Shown: positions 9,822-20,347 of the stretch, one piece after another
How positions within the stretch are numbered: position 1 is the first letter of the stretch
Layout: every line of letters begins with the position of its first letter
Assembly (NCBI GenBank): GCA_002423155.1
Contig: DIUV01000044.1
Location: 62,278-126,277, forward strand
Source of the DNA: Alphaproteobacteria bacterium UBA6149
GTDB taxonomy: Bacteria > Pseudomonadota > Alphaproteobacteria > Rickettsiales > UBA998
Direction: 5' to 3'
Length of the DNA stretch: 64,000 nucleotides
Notes under the pieces: generated by a model
Database searches by the model: none
The model's input: the letters and a program-made list of their open reading frames with translations, nothing else
Told to the model about the DNA's origin: nothing
Position numbers and translations under genes: made by a program

Positions 9822-10223
9822 ATGTTAAATGAATTCAAACAATTTATCACGCGCGGCAATGTACTGGATTTAGCGGTAGGTATTATAATTGGCGCGGCGT
9901 TTACGGGTATTGTAAGTTCGCTTGTAAGCGACATTTTAATGCCTCCTTTAGGAAAAATCATGGGCGGCATTGATTTTTCTAATTTTTTCATCAATCTTTC
10001 TGATGGAAATTATGCCACCTTAAAAGCTGCCAAAGAAGCCGGGGCGGCGACGATAAATTATGGGGTTTTCCTCAATCAATTAATCAATTTCTTGATTGTT
10101 TCTTTTGCTATTTTTATCATCGTCAAACAAGCTAATCGCTTTAAAAAAGCGAACGATGCTAGCCCAGCTCCTGTTCGTACAGAAATATTATTAGAAGAAA
10201 TACGAGATTTATTGAAAAAATAA
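9822..10223 (+). CDS. mscL: large-conductance mechanosensitive channel
   Basis: 133 aa; the FITRGNVLDLAVGIIIGAAFTGIVSSLVSDILMPPLG N-terminus is diagnostic. Confidence 0.92.
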   Translation: MLNEFKQFITRGNVLDLAVGIIIGAAFTGIVSSLVSDILMPPLGKIMGGIDFSNFFINLSDGNYATLKAAKEAGAATINYGVFLNQLINFLIVSFAIFIIVKQANRFKKANDASPAPVRTEILLEEIRDLLKK

Positions 10224-10245
10224 CCTTAAAAAAACAGCCAGAAAA

Positions 10246-10677
10246 ATGTCACTACAACAAATATTTTGGGAAAATGTCGGCAATTCGTGCGTAATACCCT
10301 TTATGCGTGACCTGACTTTATCTGCTATGTTGTGGTTTAGTGAATTAGATGGGTGGCAAACCGCGCTAAATTTATGGGCAGTGCTGCTGGTGGGTATATT
10401 CGGCGGCATAATAGGCTGCTGGTTCAATTTTCATCTGGGTAAATTATTGGCAAATCTCCGCCGCAAATACCCTCATGCATTATCCGAGCAGCATTATGAG
10501 CGCGCCGCACGAATTTTTCATCGCTACGCCGCTTGGTCATTATTATTTTATTGGCAGCCATTGGGAGTTTTATTGCCCTTACTAGCAGGTTTTCTCGGCA
10601 TGCGCTGGTGGATGATGATGGGTTGGGTGCTATTAGGCGGCGCACTGCACCGCGGAAGTTTTTTTCTTAATATATAA
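10246..10677 (+). CDS. YqaA/DedA-like small membrane protein
   Basis: 143 aa, 3-4 TM segments. The C-terminal pattern RYAAWSLLFYWQPLGVLLPLLAGFLGMRWW resembles E. coli YqaA. Confidence 0.5.
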   Translation: MSLQQIFWENVGNSCVIPFMRDLTLSAMLWFSELDGWQTALNLWAVLLVGIFGGIIGCWFNFHLGKLLANLRRKYPHALSEQHYERAARIFHRYAAWSLLFYWQPLGVLLPLLAGFLGMRWWMMMGWVLLGGALHRGSFFLNI

Positions 10678-10768
10678 ACCTACACCCCCACAGCTTTAGC
10701 TCCCCCTTTAAGGTTGCATTAAGAATAGTTTTTTTCTATAAGTGCCACTTGGTTATAATGAGGCTAAC

Positions 10769-12319
10769 ATGTTGCACGAACGAATTTTAATATTAGATTT
10801 TGGCTCCCAAGTCACCCAATTGATTGCGCGGCGCGTCCGTGAGAGCAATGTTTATTGCGAAATAATCCCTTATACTACCTCGCTGGAACAAATTGCCAAA
10901 CTTGCGCCTAAGGGCATAATTTTGTCGGGCGGCCCTGCCTCGGTGGAAGGGCAAAACTCGCCGATGATTAGCCCGGCTATTTTTGAAATGGGCATTCCCA
11001 TCCTTGGTATTTGCTATGGTCAGCAATTAATGTGCAAACTCTTGGGCGGACAAGTGAGCGCAGGAGATACGCGGGAATTTGGTCGTGCTGTCGTTTCTGT
11101 AAGTAAAAATTGCCGCTTGTTTGATGGCGTATGGGCAGAAGGTGAATCACATCAAGTATGGATGAGCCACGGCGATAAAGTAAATAACCTTCCCCAAGGG
11201 TTTAGTGCCGTTGCCAGCTCCTCTGGCGCATTTTTTGCCGCAGTTGCGGATGAAACACGTAAATTTTATGGCGTACAATTCCACCCCGAAGTAGTTCATA
11301 CTCCCAGTGGTGGGGCATTATTAAAAAACTTTACCCATAATGTTTGTGGTTGTCATGGTGATTGGACGATGAGTAGCTTCATGGAAGAATCCATCGCAAA
11401 AGTGCGTAAACAAGTGGGAAGCAAGAAAGTTCTGTGCGCGGTCAGTGGCGGCGTAGATTCCTCAGTAGTTGCGGCTTTGCTGCATAAAGCGATTGGTGAT
11501 CAACTTATATGTATTTTTGTGGATACAGGAATGTTGCGCCATAATGAGGCAAAACAGGTAGAAGTAATGTTTACCGAACATTTTAAAATGCCGATTGCTT
11601 ATGTTGATGCTAGCCGCATATTCTTGCAAAGATTACAAGGCGTTACTGACCCAGAGCGCAAACGCAAAATTATTGGGGAAACCTTTATTGAAATATTTGA
11701 CTATGAAGCGTCAGAACGTGGCGGCGCAGATTTCTTGGCGCAGGGAACTCTCTATCCCGATGTGATTGAATCAATTTCGCACACAGGTGGCCCGAGTGTT
11801 ACCATTAAATCCCATCATAATGTTGGTGGCTTGCCTGAGCGGATGAAAATGGCGCTGGTTGAGCCATTACGTGAATTATTCAAAGATGAAGTTCGGGCAT
11901 TAGGGGTAACCCTTGGCATGCCCGAGCGTATGGTAATGCGCCATCCTTTCCCAGGTCCGGGCTTGGCTATTCGCGTAATTGGCGAGGTTACTACCGAGCG
12001 GCTGAATATTTTGCGGCAAGCGGATGAAATTTATTTAGAAGAAATTCGTAATGCAGGTTTATATGATGCAATCTGGCAAGCGCTAGCCGTTTTATTGCCC
12101 ATTAAAACCGTGGGAGTTATGGGTGATAATCGTACTTATGAAAGCGTCTGCGCGCTGCGCGCCGTCACTTCTACCGACGGTATGACCGCGGATTATTATC
12201 ATTTTGACCATGAATTTTTAAGCCGAGTTTCTAACCGTATCATCAACGAAGTGCGCGGGATTAACCGCATAGTTTATGATATAACTAGTAAGCCCCCCGG
12301 CACGATTGAGTGGGAATAA
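10769..12319 (+). CDS. guaA: GMP synthase (glutamine-hydrolysing)
   Basis: GATase ILILDFGSQ...CYGQQ, ATP-PPase SGGVDSS, and a C-terminal GTIEWE. ATG at 10769 preferred (GAGG upstream) over GTG at 10742. Confidence 0.95.
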   Translation: MLHERILILDFGSQVTQLIARRVRESNVYCEIIPYTTSLEQIAKLAPKGIILSGGPASVEGQNSPMISPAIFEMGIPILGICYGQQLMCKLLGGQVSAGDTREFGRAVVSVSKNCRLFDGVWAEGESHQVWMSHGDKVNNLPQGFSAVASSSGAFFAAVADETRKFYGVQFHPEVVHTPSGGALLKNFTHNVCGCHGDWTMSSFMEESIAKVRKQVGSKKVLCAVSGGVDSSVVAALLHKAIGDQLICIFVDTGMLRHNEAKQVEVMFTEHFKMPIAYVDASRIFLQRLQGVTDPERKRKIIGETFIEIFDYEASERGGADFLAQGTLYPDVIESISHTGGPSVTIKSHHNVGGLPERMKMALVEPLRELFKDEVRALGVTLGMPERMVMRHPFPGPGLAIRVIGEVTTERLNILRQADEIYLEEIRNAGLYDAIWQALAVLLPIKTVGVMGDNRTYESVCALRAVTSTDGMTADYYHFDHEFLSRVSNRIINEVRGINRIVYDITSKPPGTIEWE

Positions 12320-12371
12320 GAAATTAGGCAAATCTTAAAAATAGAACAGTAATTACAGCACAGGAATAAAA

Positions 12372-13016
12372 ATGTCTGACACTTTAATGTTTGAAATAGA
12401 TGAAGATTTAAAACGCGATCAAATGCAGAATATCTGGAAATCTTTTGGTAGCTATGTCGTGGGCATTAGTTTTGCTATTTTGCTGAGTACTATCGCTTGG
12501 GTTGCCTGGCAAAATAGCGAAGAAACCAAAAGACAAATATGGACTGGACAATTAATTGTTATACAAGAAGAAATCCGCAACAATAAAAAGGCGGATGCAA
12601 TCAAACATCTGCATGAATTAACCACATCTGCTAAAGGCAATTTAGCTATGCTGGCTAATTTATGGCTCATCGCCTTAGAAGGTGGCAAAGCAGATAAAGT
12701 AAAAGACCTTGCCGCTTACGGAAGCTTAGCACGTTTATTCAGCGGCGAAACGGATGAAGCATCCATTAAAAAATTCCCCGTTTTTGCTACCACCGCGCGT
12801 GAAATACAAGCCGCAAAATTATTAGGTAAAAAAGACCAGAACTTAACCAAAGAAGATATTGAAAAAAACAAGGCAGAAGCAATTAAACTACTAAAAGATG
12901 CAGGTGGCGATATGTATGCCTCACCAGCTTTGCGTGAACGCGTGGTTATTTTATTATCTACGCTCGATGCTAAAGAAAAATCTCTCATCCCCCCCACCAC
13001 TAACTTGAGCAAATAA
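12372..13016 (+). CDS. membrane-anchored YfgM-like/TPR-like protein
   Basis: One N-terminal TM helix and a helical periplasmic part. Position upstream of bamB-der mirrors the yfgM-bamB-der order. Confidence 0.4.
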   Translation: MSDTLMFEIDEDLKRDQMQNIWKSFGSYVVGISFAILLSTIAWVAWQNSEETKRQIWTGQLIVIQEEIRNNKKADAIKHLHELTTSAKGNLAMLANLWLIALEGGKADKVKDLAAYGSLARLFSGETDEASIKKFPVFATTAREIQAAKLLGKKDQNLTKEDIEKNKAEAIKLLKDAGGDMYASPALRERVVILLSTLDAKEKSLIPPTTNLSK

Positions 13017-13018
13017 AT

Positions 13019-14347
13019 ATGCTTAGATTTTCTTCTAACGCCCTGATTATTCTAGCCAGTTTTGGGCTTTTTGCTTGCGATAGCATAAAAAATCCCTTCG
13101 CCAGCAAAGAAGCGCCAAAATTGGAAGGCGAGCGCAAATCCATTCTGAAAGACACAAATAAATTAAGTGTAAGCGATAGTCTTGCCGATCTAAGCATTAG
13201 CCTACCGCCTGCGGCAACAATCAATGATTGGCAACAAGAAGGGGGTAACGCGCAGCATAATATTGCTCCGATTGCGGCTAATTTAAATTTTACCCTCACA
13301 AATTCCATAAAAATTGGCGAAGGTAATGGCTGGAGCTCTGCACTTGCCCCTGCACCTGTGGTTTCCCAGCAGGCAGTTTTTGCCATGGATGCCAAAGGTT
13401 ATATCAGCGCTCATGACCGCAAAGATATTAACCAGATATTATGGAAAAGCGAAGCGGCAGCCAACCCCGAAAGCAAATTGGCAGGTGGCGGTTTAGCCCT
13501 ACATGATGATAAACTATATGTTGCCACAGGTGCTGGCGATGTGTTGGCACTAGAAAGCAAGAACGGCAAAGTTATTTGGAAAAAATCGCTAAGAATCCCT
13601 GCCCGTTCAGCTCCCACTATCTCTGACACGGGAGTATATGTTATCACCGCCAATAGTGAAATATTTGCGCTGGATATTGCAACAGGAGAGTTACGTTGGC
13701 AACATAAAGGCATCCAAGAAACGGCTAATTTGCTGGGCGCGGTTCCTCCTGCTTTGAGCGAGAATTTAGTGATTGCCAATTATCCTTCAGGCGAGATTTA
13801 CGCGCTTGACCAATCTGACGGCAGTGTGCGCTGGCAAGATTCCTTATTATTGCCCGAACATACCCAGGCTTTAGGCGTATTTTCTGGTTCGGGTGGTGCG
13901 CCTATTTTGGCTAATGGCGGAGTGTTCTCGGTTAGTGGCAATGGCTTACTCGCTGCCAATGTTTTAGAAACAGGATTACGCATCTGGGAGCGTCCTTTAT
14001 CTTCTAACTGCACTCCTTGGTTGGGGGGCGAATTTTTATATGTGATTAGTACCACGGGTGAGTTAGTAGCCACTCATGCAAGAGATGGTCGCATAAAATG
14101 GACGAGTGATATTTCAGAACTAATTGGTAAATCTCCAGAAATTATTGCGCACACTAAGGGTCCATATATCATTGGCGGACAATTATTAGTTATCCCCAGC
14201 AAGGGCGAATGGTTGGCATTCTCACCAACAGATGGAAAGCTAACCGCACGCTATAAGGTTCAAGATGGCATCGCCGCCCACGCCGCCTTTGCCGATAATT
14301 CGCTTTTTGCCGTAATGCAAAATGGCACTTTAATAGAAGTAAAATAA
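13019..14347 (+). CDS. bamB: outer membrane protein assembly factor BamB (PQQ-like beta-propeller lipoprotein)
   Basis: Lipobox LFAC at residues 17-20, repeated propeller blades (..W.....), and synteny with der. Confidence 0.75.
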   Translation: MLRFSSNALIILASFGLFACDSIKNPFASKEAPKLEGERKSILKDTNKLSVSDSLADLSISLPPAATINDWQQEGGNAQHNIAPIAANLNFTLTNSIKIGEGNGWSSALAPAPVVSQQAVFAMDAKGYISAHDRKDINQILWKSEAAANPESKLAGGGLALHDDKLYVATGAGDVLALESKNGKVIWKKSLRIPARSAPTISDTGVYVITANSEIFALDIATGELRWQHKGIQETANLLGAVPPALSENLVIANYPSGEIYALDQSDGSVRWQDSLLLPEHTQALGVFSGSGGAPILANGGVFSVSGNGLLAANVLETGLRIWERPLSSNCTPWLGGEFLYVISTTGELVATHARDGRIKWTSDISELIGKSPEIIAHTKGPYIIGGQLLVIPSKGEWLAFSPTDGKLTARYKVQDGIAAHAAFADNSLFAVMQNGTLIEVK

Positions 14348-14367
14348 CCTTTTAAAAAATCAAAAAA

Positions 14368-15723
14368 ATGAAAAAATTAGCTATCATTGGTCGCCCGAAC
14401 GTAGGAAAATCTACTTTGTTCAATCGCTTAGTTGGAAAAAAACAAGCAATTGTCGATGATATGCCCGGAGTAACGCGTGACCGCAAGAAAGCTACCGGGC
14501 GCATTGGCCCCATGGAATTTTGGGTAACTGATACTCCCGGATTAGAAGATACCGACGAGCGCAACTTAGAAGGGCGTATGTTCGCCCAAAGTATGGCGGC
14601 TATTTATGAGTCTGATGCGGTATTATTAGTGGTGGATGCGCAAGCAGGGATTACGCCGCGTGATTGTTTCTTTGCGGAGTTAGTGCGTAAAACGGGCGTG
14701 AAAGTAATCCTCGCTGCCAATAAAGCCGAAGGTAAAAACGTGACTGCCGCTATCATTGCCGAATCTTGGCAATTGGGCTTTGGCGAGCCTATCCCTATTT
14801 CTGCCGAACATGGCGAAGGCATGGCCGATTTATACGAAGCCTTAGCCCCTTACTTAGAAGAAGAGGAAATTGAGGAAGAAGATAATGGCGAAATCGTGGA
14901 AGTGGGGGATTCCTCGCATATTCACATCACCATTGCTGGACGACCTAACACGGGCAAATCTACCATGCTCAATAAATTATTGGGCGAAGAACGCGTATTA
15001 ACTGGTCCCGAGGCAGGCGTAACCAGAGATGCGATTTCGGTGCCCTTTATGTATAAAGATCAGGCAATGCGGCTAGTCGATACCGCAGGCATGCGCCGCA
15101 AAGCGCGGATTGAAGAAAAACTAGAAAAAATGTCGGTTTCCGAGACCACTCACGCCATTCGCTTTGCCCAAGTGGTGATTTTGGTAGTAGATGCCACACA
15201 ACCATTTGAAAAACAGGACAATACCATTGCCTCACTAATTGAGCGCGAAGGTCGTGCTTGCGTAGTGGCGCTTAATAAATGGGATTTAATTAAAGACAAA
15301 AAAGCATTGTTAGAAGACATTCAACATAAATTACTGGATGTAATGCCGAAAATGCGCGGTATTCCAGTTGTTCCCATTTCGGCGATGCGCGGCGAAGGGC
15401 TGGATAAATTAATGGAAGCCGCTATCCGAACTTTTCATTTATGGAACAAACGCTTGCCCACGGGCGAGCTAAATCGTTGGTTAGAAGATATTATCGCCGC
15501 GCATACGCCGCCTTTAGTAAAAGGTCGGCGCTGGAAAATTCGTTACGTAACCCAAGCAAAAACTCGCCCGCCGACTTTTGTTATTTTTACCAATAATAAA
15601 GACGACGCCCCTGAAGATTATCTGCGTTATTTAGTGAATAATCTGCGCGAGCATTTCAAACTACCAGGCATCCCCTTGCGCTTGTTACTGCGTACCAGCA
15701 AAAATCCCTTTGTGGATAAATAG
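14368..15723 (+). CDS. der: ribosome biogenesis GTPase Der (EngA)
   Basis: Two tandem G domains (GRPNVGKST and GRPNTGKST) plus a KH-like C-terminus. Confidence 0.95.
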   Translation: MKKLAIIGRPNVGKSTLFNRLVGKKQAIVDDMPGVTRDRKKATGRIGPMEFWVTDTPGLEDTDERNLEGRMFAQSMAAIYESDAVLLVVDAQAGITPRDCFFAELVRKTGVKVILAANKAEGKNVTAAIIAESWQLGFGEPIPISAEHGEGMADLYEALAPYLEEEEIEEEDNGEIVEVGDSSHIHITIAGRPNTGKSTMLNKLLGEERVLTGPEAGVTRDAISVPFMYKDQAMRLVDTAGMRRKARIEEKLEKMSVSETTHAIRFAQVVILVVDATQPFEKQDNTIASLIEREGRACVVALNKWDLIKDKKALLEDIQHKLLDVMPKMRGIPVVPISAMRGEGLDKLMEAAIRTFHLWNKRLPTGELNRWLEDIIAAHTPPLVKGRRWKIRYVTQAKTRPPTFVIFTNNKDDAPEDYLRYLVNNLREHFKLPGIPLRLLLRTSKNPFVDK

Positions 15724-15738
15724 TTTACATTATGAGCC

Positions 15739-17823
15739 ATGTTTAAAGCAAAAAAATCCTCGCATCCTGCCGCTCGTAATTATAAATCACGAGAAAAGAA
15801 TAATGCGGATACAAAAAAATCTTCGGTGTCTTTGTTAGATATTGTGGGCTTAAGCGCAGATGGAGAATTAATTGCCCAAGCAGCAAAAACCGATGAACGC
15901 CGCGAGCCCGAACGGATTATAGTTCTGCCGGCAAAACAAGGTTTAGCAGCAGCAATTGGTGATAGAGTTTTAGCGCGAGTGCACAAAAATGATGGCATAC
16001 TCACCGCCCAAATAATGAAAATTCTACCGAAGGCAACGACGCAAACTGTGCTGGGAGTTTTTACGCCCAATAAATATGGCGGCATGGTCGAGCCAGTGGA
16101 TCGTAAGAATCATAATAGCTACAGCATTGCCCCAGAATTTTGTGGTGGAGCGACCGCGGGTGAGTTAGTGGAAATTGATCCCCAGAATGCATCTAATCGT
16201 CGTTTAGGGGCACGCCCTGCACGGATAGTTAAATGTTTGGGGGCGTTGGATAATCCTCACGCGTTTAGTACGATTGCTATTCATAAACAAGAAATACCAA
16301 ATATGTTCCCAGAAGCGGCAATTAAGGAAGCGGAAAATGCCCTGCCGCCAGTTTTGTCTGCTGGGCGGGAAGATTTGCGAGATGTACCATTTATCACGAT
16401 TGACGGTGAAGATGCGCGCGATTTTGATGATGCCGTTTTTGCTCAAACAGATGCACAAAATCCTAAGAATTGGCGATTATTGGTGGCGATTGCCGATGTG
16501 GCTTATTATGTGCGCCCTAATTCTGCCTTGGATAGGGAGGCTTTTTTGCGGGGAAATTCCGTATATTTCCCGGATTTAGTCGTGCCTATGTTGCCCGAGG
16601 CTTTGTCAAATGGGTTATGCTCATTAAAGCCTAATGAGGATAGATATTGTCTGGTCGCGGAAATTTTTATTGATGAAAATGGGCAAATGTTGCGGCATAA
16701 ATTTATGCGCGCGATTATGCGCTCGGTAGCGCGTAGGACTTATAATGATTTGCAAGCAGAATTTGATGAAAACCGTTCCAGTGAAATAGTAAAAAATCTT
16801 TATGATGCCTATAGTTGCCTGCAACGCAGCATCGAAATTCGTGGTCCGCTAGATTTGAATCTACCCGAATATAAAGTGAGTTTGAATGAGCAAGGGCAAG
16901 TAGCAAATATTCAAAAAGTCAGTGGTTTAACCAGCCATAAATTGATTGAAGCTTTTATGATTGCTGCCAATATTGCCGCGGCGGATACGCTTTGTGCTAG
17001 TGGCTCGGATAAGCATGGCGGCATATTTCGGGTGCATGAAGCGCCCGATTTAACCAAATTGGGAACTTTGCGGGATATTCTCAAAATTAGTGGCTATAAA
17101 TTAGATATGAGTGGCTCAGCACACGCAAAAAACTTTAACCGTATTTTGCGTTTAGCCGAAGAGCGCGGCGAAGAAGCAATTATTCATACCGCCGTATTGC
17201 GCAGCCAAATGCAGGCTTATTATGCCGCGCATAATAAAGGGCATTTTGGGTTGGCACTGGGTTCTTATTGCCATTTCACGTCGCCTATTCGCCGTTATGC
17301 CGATTTGATTGTACATCGCAGCCTGATTGCAAAACATAAATGGGGCAGTCTGGTTAATGATATAAATGATGGAATAACCCCAGAAGAAACCAGTAATTTA
17401 GAGCAAATTAGCGAGCATATTTCCACTACCGAACGCCGCGCCATGTTGGCAGAACGTGATGCGATGGATCGTTATAAAACCGCTTTTCTGGCAGATAAAG
17501 TCGGCGCTGTTTTTGATGCGCGTATTTCTGGCATTGGTAGTTCAGGGTTTTTTGTAACTTTAGAAGAAACGGGAGCGGATGGTTATGTGCCCAAAAACAG
17601 TTTGCTCGATGATTTTTATATTTTTGATATAAAAACCAATCGCTTGAAAGGGCGCAAACACGGAAAAGTTTTTTTTGCGGGTATGCGTCTAAGGGTGGTG
17701 CTGGATATGGCGGATGTTTCTACAGGTTCCATGCGTTTTTCTTTGGCGGGGCAGGAGAGAAATTCATCTGGTTCTGCTGCTCATAAGTTGGGTGCCCCGA
17801 AAAAGCGGCGGAAGAAATTTTAA
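15739..17823 (+). CDS. rnr: ribonuclease R
   Basis: RNB catalytic region (ITIDGEDARDFDDAV, HFGL...YCHFTSPIRRYADL), a C-terminal S1 domain and a basic tail. Confidence 0.9.
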   Translation: MFKAKKSSHPAARNYKSREKNNADTKKSSVSLLDIVGLSADGELIAQAAKTDERREPERIIVLPAKQGLAAAIGDRVLARVHKNDGILTAQIMKILPKATTQTVLGVFTPNKYGGMVEPVDRKNHNSYSIAPEFCGGATAGELVEIDPQNASNRRLGARPARIVKCLGALDNPHAFSTIAIHKQEIPNMFPEAAIKEAENALPPVLSAGREDLRDVPFITIDGEDARDFDDAVFAQTDAQNPKNWRLLVAIADVAYYVRPNSALDREAFLRGNSVYFPDLVVPMLPEALSNGLCSLKPNEDRYCLVAEIFIDENGQMLRHKFMRAIMRSVARRTYNDLQAEFDENRSSEIVKNLYDAYSCLQRSIEIRGPLDLNLPEYKVSLNEQGQVANIQKVSGLTSHKLIEAFMIAANIAAADTLCASGSDKHGGIFRVHEAPDLTKLGTLRDILKISGYKLDMSGSAHAKNFNRILRLAEERGEEAIIHTAVLRSQMQAYYAAHNKGHFGLALGSYCHFTSPIRRYADLIVHRSLIAKHKWGSLVNDINDGITPEETSNLEQISEHISTTERRAMLAERDAMDRYKTAFLADKVGAVFDARISGIGSSGFFVTLEETGADGYVPKNSLLDDFYIFDIKTNRLKGRKHGKVFFAGMRLRVVLDMADVSTGSMRFSLAGQERNSSGSAAHKLGAPKKRRKKF

Positions 17824-18011
17824 TTGTTAACATGAATACATAAAATAGAATACATAAAATAGTTGATTTTTATCAATTTAATCTTTATATATCGCTTGCT
17901 TTTTGTATATCTGTCTATTGGGTAGATATTTCTAACTGGGTTGATTTTTAACCCATTCTTTGCTGCATGTGCAGTTTATCCTGTTGGTATTAGCTACCGA
18001 GGAGTTTTTTT

Positions 18012-18431
18012 ATGTTGTATCTTATCGCAGGTGTTGTTCTTCTTGCATTCGCTGCTGTAGAATCTAATTGTTGCGCAAAAAAAGCCAAACAATTGGATGC
18101 AGAAGCTTTGTTGATGCAAGAGAAATTCTTGGAAAAAATTTCTGATGCAAAAGGGGTGAGCTTAGAGTTCTTGGAATTGGCGGGTATTCCCACTCCGAAT
18201 ACTATTATTCTACATGGTGGAGGACGGCGGTTGGAGTTTCCTTCTGATAAAACGGTTTCCTTAGTTGTTGATGCAAAAAATATGGAAATAGTTTGGTCGG
18301 ATGAAGATTCAGGCGTGGTTAATCGGGTGCATATAGAATTTCATGCCCGTTTGGTGCGACCATATTTCTTTGTATGCTTGCCTACTTTCATTGATAAGGA
18401 AGTACGCTGCATTCGTTCAGTAAGTTGCTAA
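18012..18431 (+). CDS. hypothetical membrane-anchored protein
   Basis: 139-aa ORF with an N-terminal hydrophobic helix and GAGG upstream of the ATG. No recognisable motif. Confidence 0.35.
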   Translation: MLYLIAGVVLLAFAAVESNCCAKKAKQLDAEALLMQEKFLEKISDAKGVSLEFLELAGIPTPNTIILHGGGRRLEFPSDKTVSLVVDAKNMEIVWSDEDSGVVNRVHIEFHARLVRPYFFVCLPTFIDKEVRCIRSVSC

Positions 18432-18461
18432 CAAGTTGATGGTGGTTGCGTGCAACCATCA

Positions 18462-19541
18462 TCATTCCATGCCGCCTAAAATTATGCGTGCATCACTGCA
18501 AAATCCCAAAGCTTTAAATAAAGTACCCATTTCCAGTGGAGACACTAAGCGGTTGATGCTATTAAGTATTTCCCCTGCTTGCTTGCCGCTGGCGGCTGCC
18601 TGTATCAGGTTGCGCGTGCGAATTTCGGCGCCGAGTCTGGTTAATAATATTCCTTGGGGAATAACATCATAATTTGCCACCTGATTTTCTTGTAATATTT
18701 CACGCAAGGCATCAAAATCTACGTGGGCGGTAATATCGGCTTCGCCAGCATCTTCTAATACAGGGTGAAACCCATGATTTTTTACGGCTTGCAGGCTGTT
18801 GCCGTGGCTGCCGCCCGTATAACCATAATCTATGACTATACCGGCACCATGATATTTTTTGATATGTGAGGCAATTTGCCCCATGATTACTCTTGCCGCG
18901 GGGCAAGTTTCGACGATTTCTTTGTCATCACTATAGGCTCCGCCTTTAACTAAGCGGATGCCCATTTGTTGAATAGAAAAAGCTAGTTTCTCAGGATTCT
19001 GTGGGTCTAAGCTAATCATTCGCTCACATAATCCTATATCAGTGCGGATAAATTGCCGAATAGGTAACGCGTCAAAAAACTCATTGGCAACCGCCAACAA
19101 AGGCAAAGCAGGTAGTTGATTTAAGTTGGTTCTCCACAGAATATTATTATGGAGATGTTGCAAGCTGGCTTGTTGTTTCTCACACAGGACAGGGCTGGTT
19201 TCTATCATGATTACCTGCAAAGCCGCGTGGAAACCGGTGATTTTGGCAGTGCTGCGTAAAATATCCGCCATTAGAGTTCCGCGTCCGGGACCTAGTTCCA
19301 ACAATATGCAAGGAGAGGGGCTGCCGAGTTGCAGCCAAACATCTGCCAAAAACGCACCCAATAATTCGCCAAAAATCTGGCTGATTTCGGGGGCGGTAAT
19401 AAAATCGCCTTTGCTTCCCAAAGGGTCTTTGCGCATATAATAGCCAAATTCGGGATGGGCAAGGCATAAATCCATATATTCAGCTACGGAAATCGAGCCC
19501 TGTTGGCGGATTTTGTCTTTGATAATTTGCTCTAAATTCAT
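18462..19541 (-). CDS. SAM-dependent methyltransferase, MidA/NDUFAF7 (DUF185) family
   Basis: FITAPEISQIFGELLG and LLELGPGRGTLM motifs; 359 aa. Confidence 0.75.
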   Translation of the reverse strand: MNLEQIIKDKIRQQGSISVAEYMDLCLAHPEFGYYMRKDPLGSKGDFITAPEISQIFGELLGAFLADVWLQLGSPSPCILLELGPGRGTLMADILRSTAKITGFHAALQVIMIETSPVLCEKQQASLQHLHNNILWRTNLNQLPALPLLAVANEFFDALPIRQFIRTDIGLCERMISLDPQNPEKLAFSIQQMGIRLVKGGAYSDDKEIVETCPAARVIMGQIASHIKKYHGAGIVIDYGYTGGSHGNSLQAVKNHGFHPVLEDAGEADITAHVDFDALREILQENQVANYDVIPQGILLTRLGAEIRTRNLIQAAASGKQAGEILNSINRLVSPLEMGTLFKALGFCSDARIILGGME

Positions 19542-20347
19542 AATTTATTTTTACGTAACAATAATACCATTCCTGCAATAATCATGGGCAGGCACAGCCA
19601 TTGCCCCATACTGAATCCGAGCGACAATAACCCTAATTGTGTATCTGGTTCGCGAGCATATTCGATGATAAAACGAAAAACTCCATAGCCAAGCAAGAAA
19701 ACCCCACTTAGTAAACCAGTTCTTTTTAACGCAGGAGTATAGATTAAAAGAATAAGTAGAATCAGGAATAAGGCTAAACCTTCGGCACCAGCTTCGTATA
19801 ATTGGCTAGGATGACGTGGAAGTTCCCCGCCGCGAGGAAAAACCATCCCCCAAGGATGAGTGGTTACACGCCCGAATAACTCACCATTGACGAAATTTGC
19901 CAGTCTGCCAAAGAACAAACCAATGGGAGCCACACAAGCAACCGCGTCCATTAATTGAATGAAATTTATTTTTTGTGCGCGGGCAAATAGCCAGAAAGAA
20001 ATGATAACTCCCAGCATTCCGCCATGAAAGGACATGCCGCCTTGCCAAATTTTTAAAGCTTCTAGCCAATGCTCGGCATAATAGCTGTTATTATAGAATA
20101 AAACATAACCCAGACGACCGCCCAGCATGATGCCCAGCACTGCCCAGCCAATCATATCCTCACGGATTTTAGCAGTGGTAATGGGAGCTTCCCTACGGTT
20201 TTCTATTTTACCCAAATACCACCAACCCAATAAAATTCCCCCAATATAAGCAAGCGCATACCAACGTATCGCCAGTGGACCTAAATGAATAGCTACTGGG
20301 TCAAAAGCAGGGAAGATTAAGGGGCTAAGAGCAAGAGCGGATAACAT
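19538..20347 (-). CDS. lgt: prolipoprotein diacylglyceryl transferase
   Basis: Polytopic, 269 aa, with the GGRLGY and HPSQLYE signature. Confidence 0.9.
   Translation of the reverse strand: MLSALALSPLIFPAFDPVAIHLGPLAIRWYALAYIGGILLGWWYLGKIENRREAPITTAKIREDMIGWAVLGIMLGGRLGYVLFYNNSYYAEHWLEALKIWQGGMSFHGGMLGVIISFWLFARAQKINFIQLMDAVACVAPIGLFFGRLANFVNGELFGRVTTHPWGMVFPRGGELPRHPSQLYEAGAEGLALFLILLILLIYTPALKRTGLLSGVFLLGYGVFRFIIEYAREPDTQLGLLSLGFSMGQWLCLPMIIAGMVLLLRKNKL

Noticed and set aside
13000-14073. Antisense ORFs 13000-13395, 13411-13779 and 13798-14073 opposite bamB
   Set aside because: The plus-strand frame encodes a coherent lipoprotein with propeller repeats. The antisense ORFs have no motifs or start signals.
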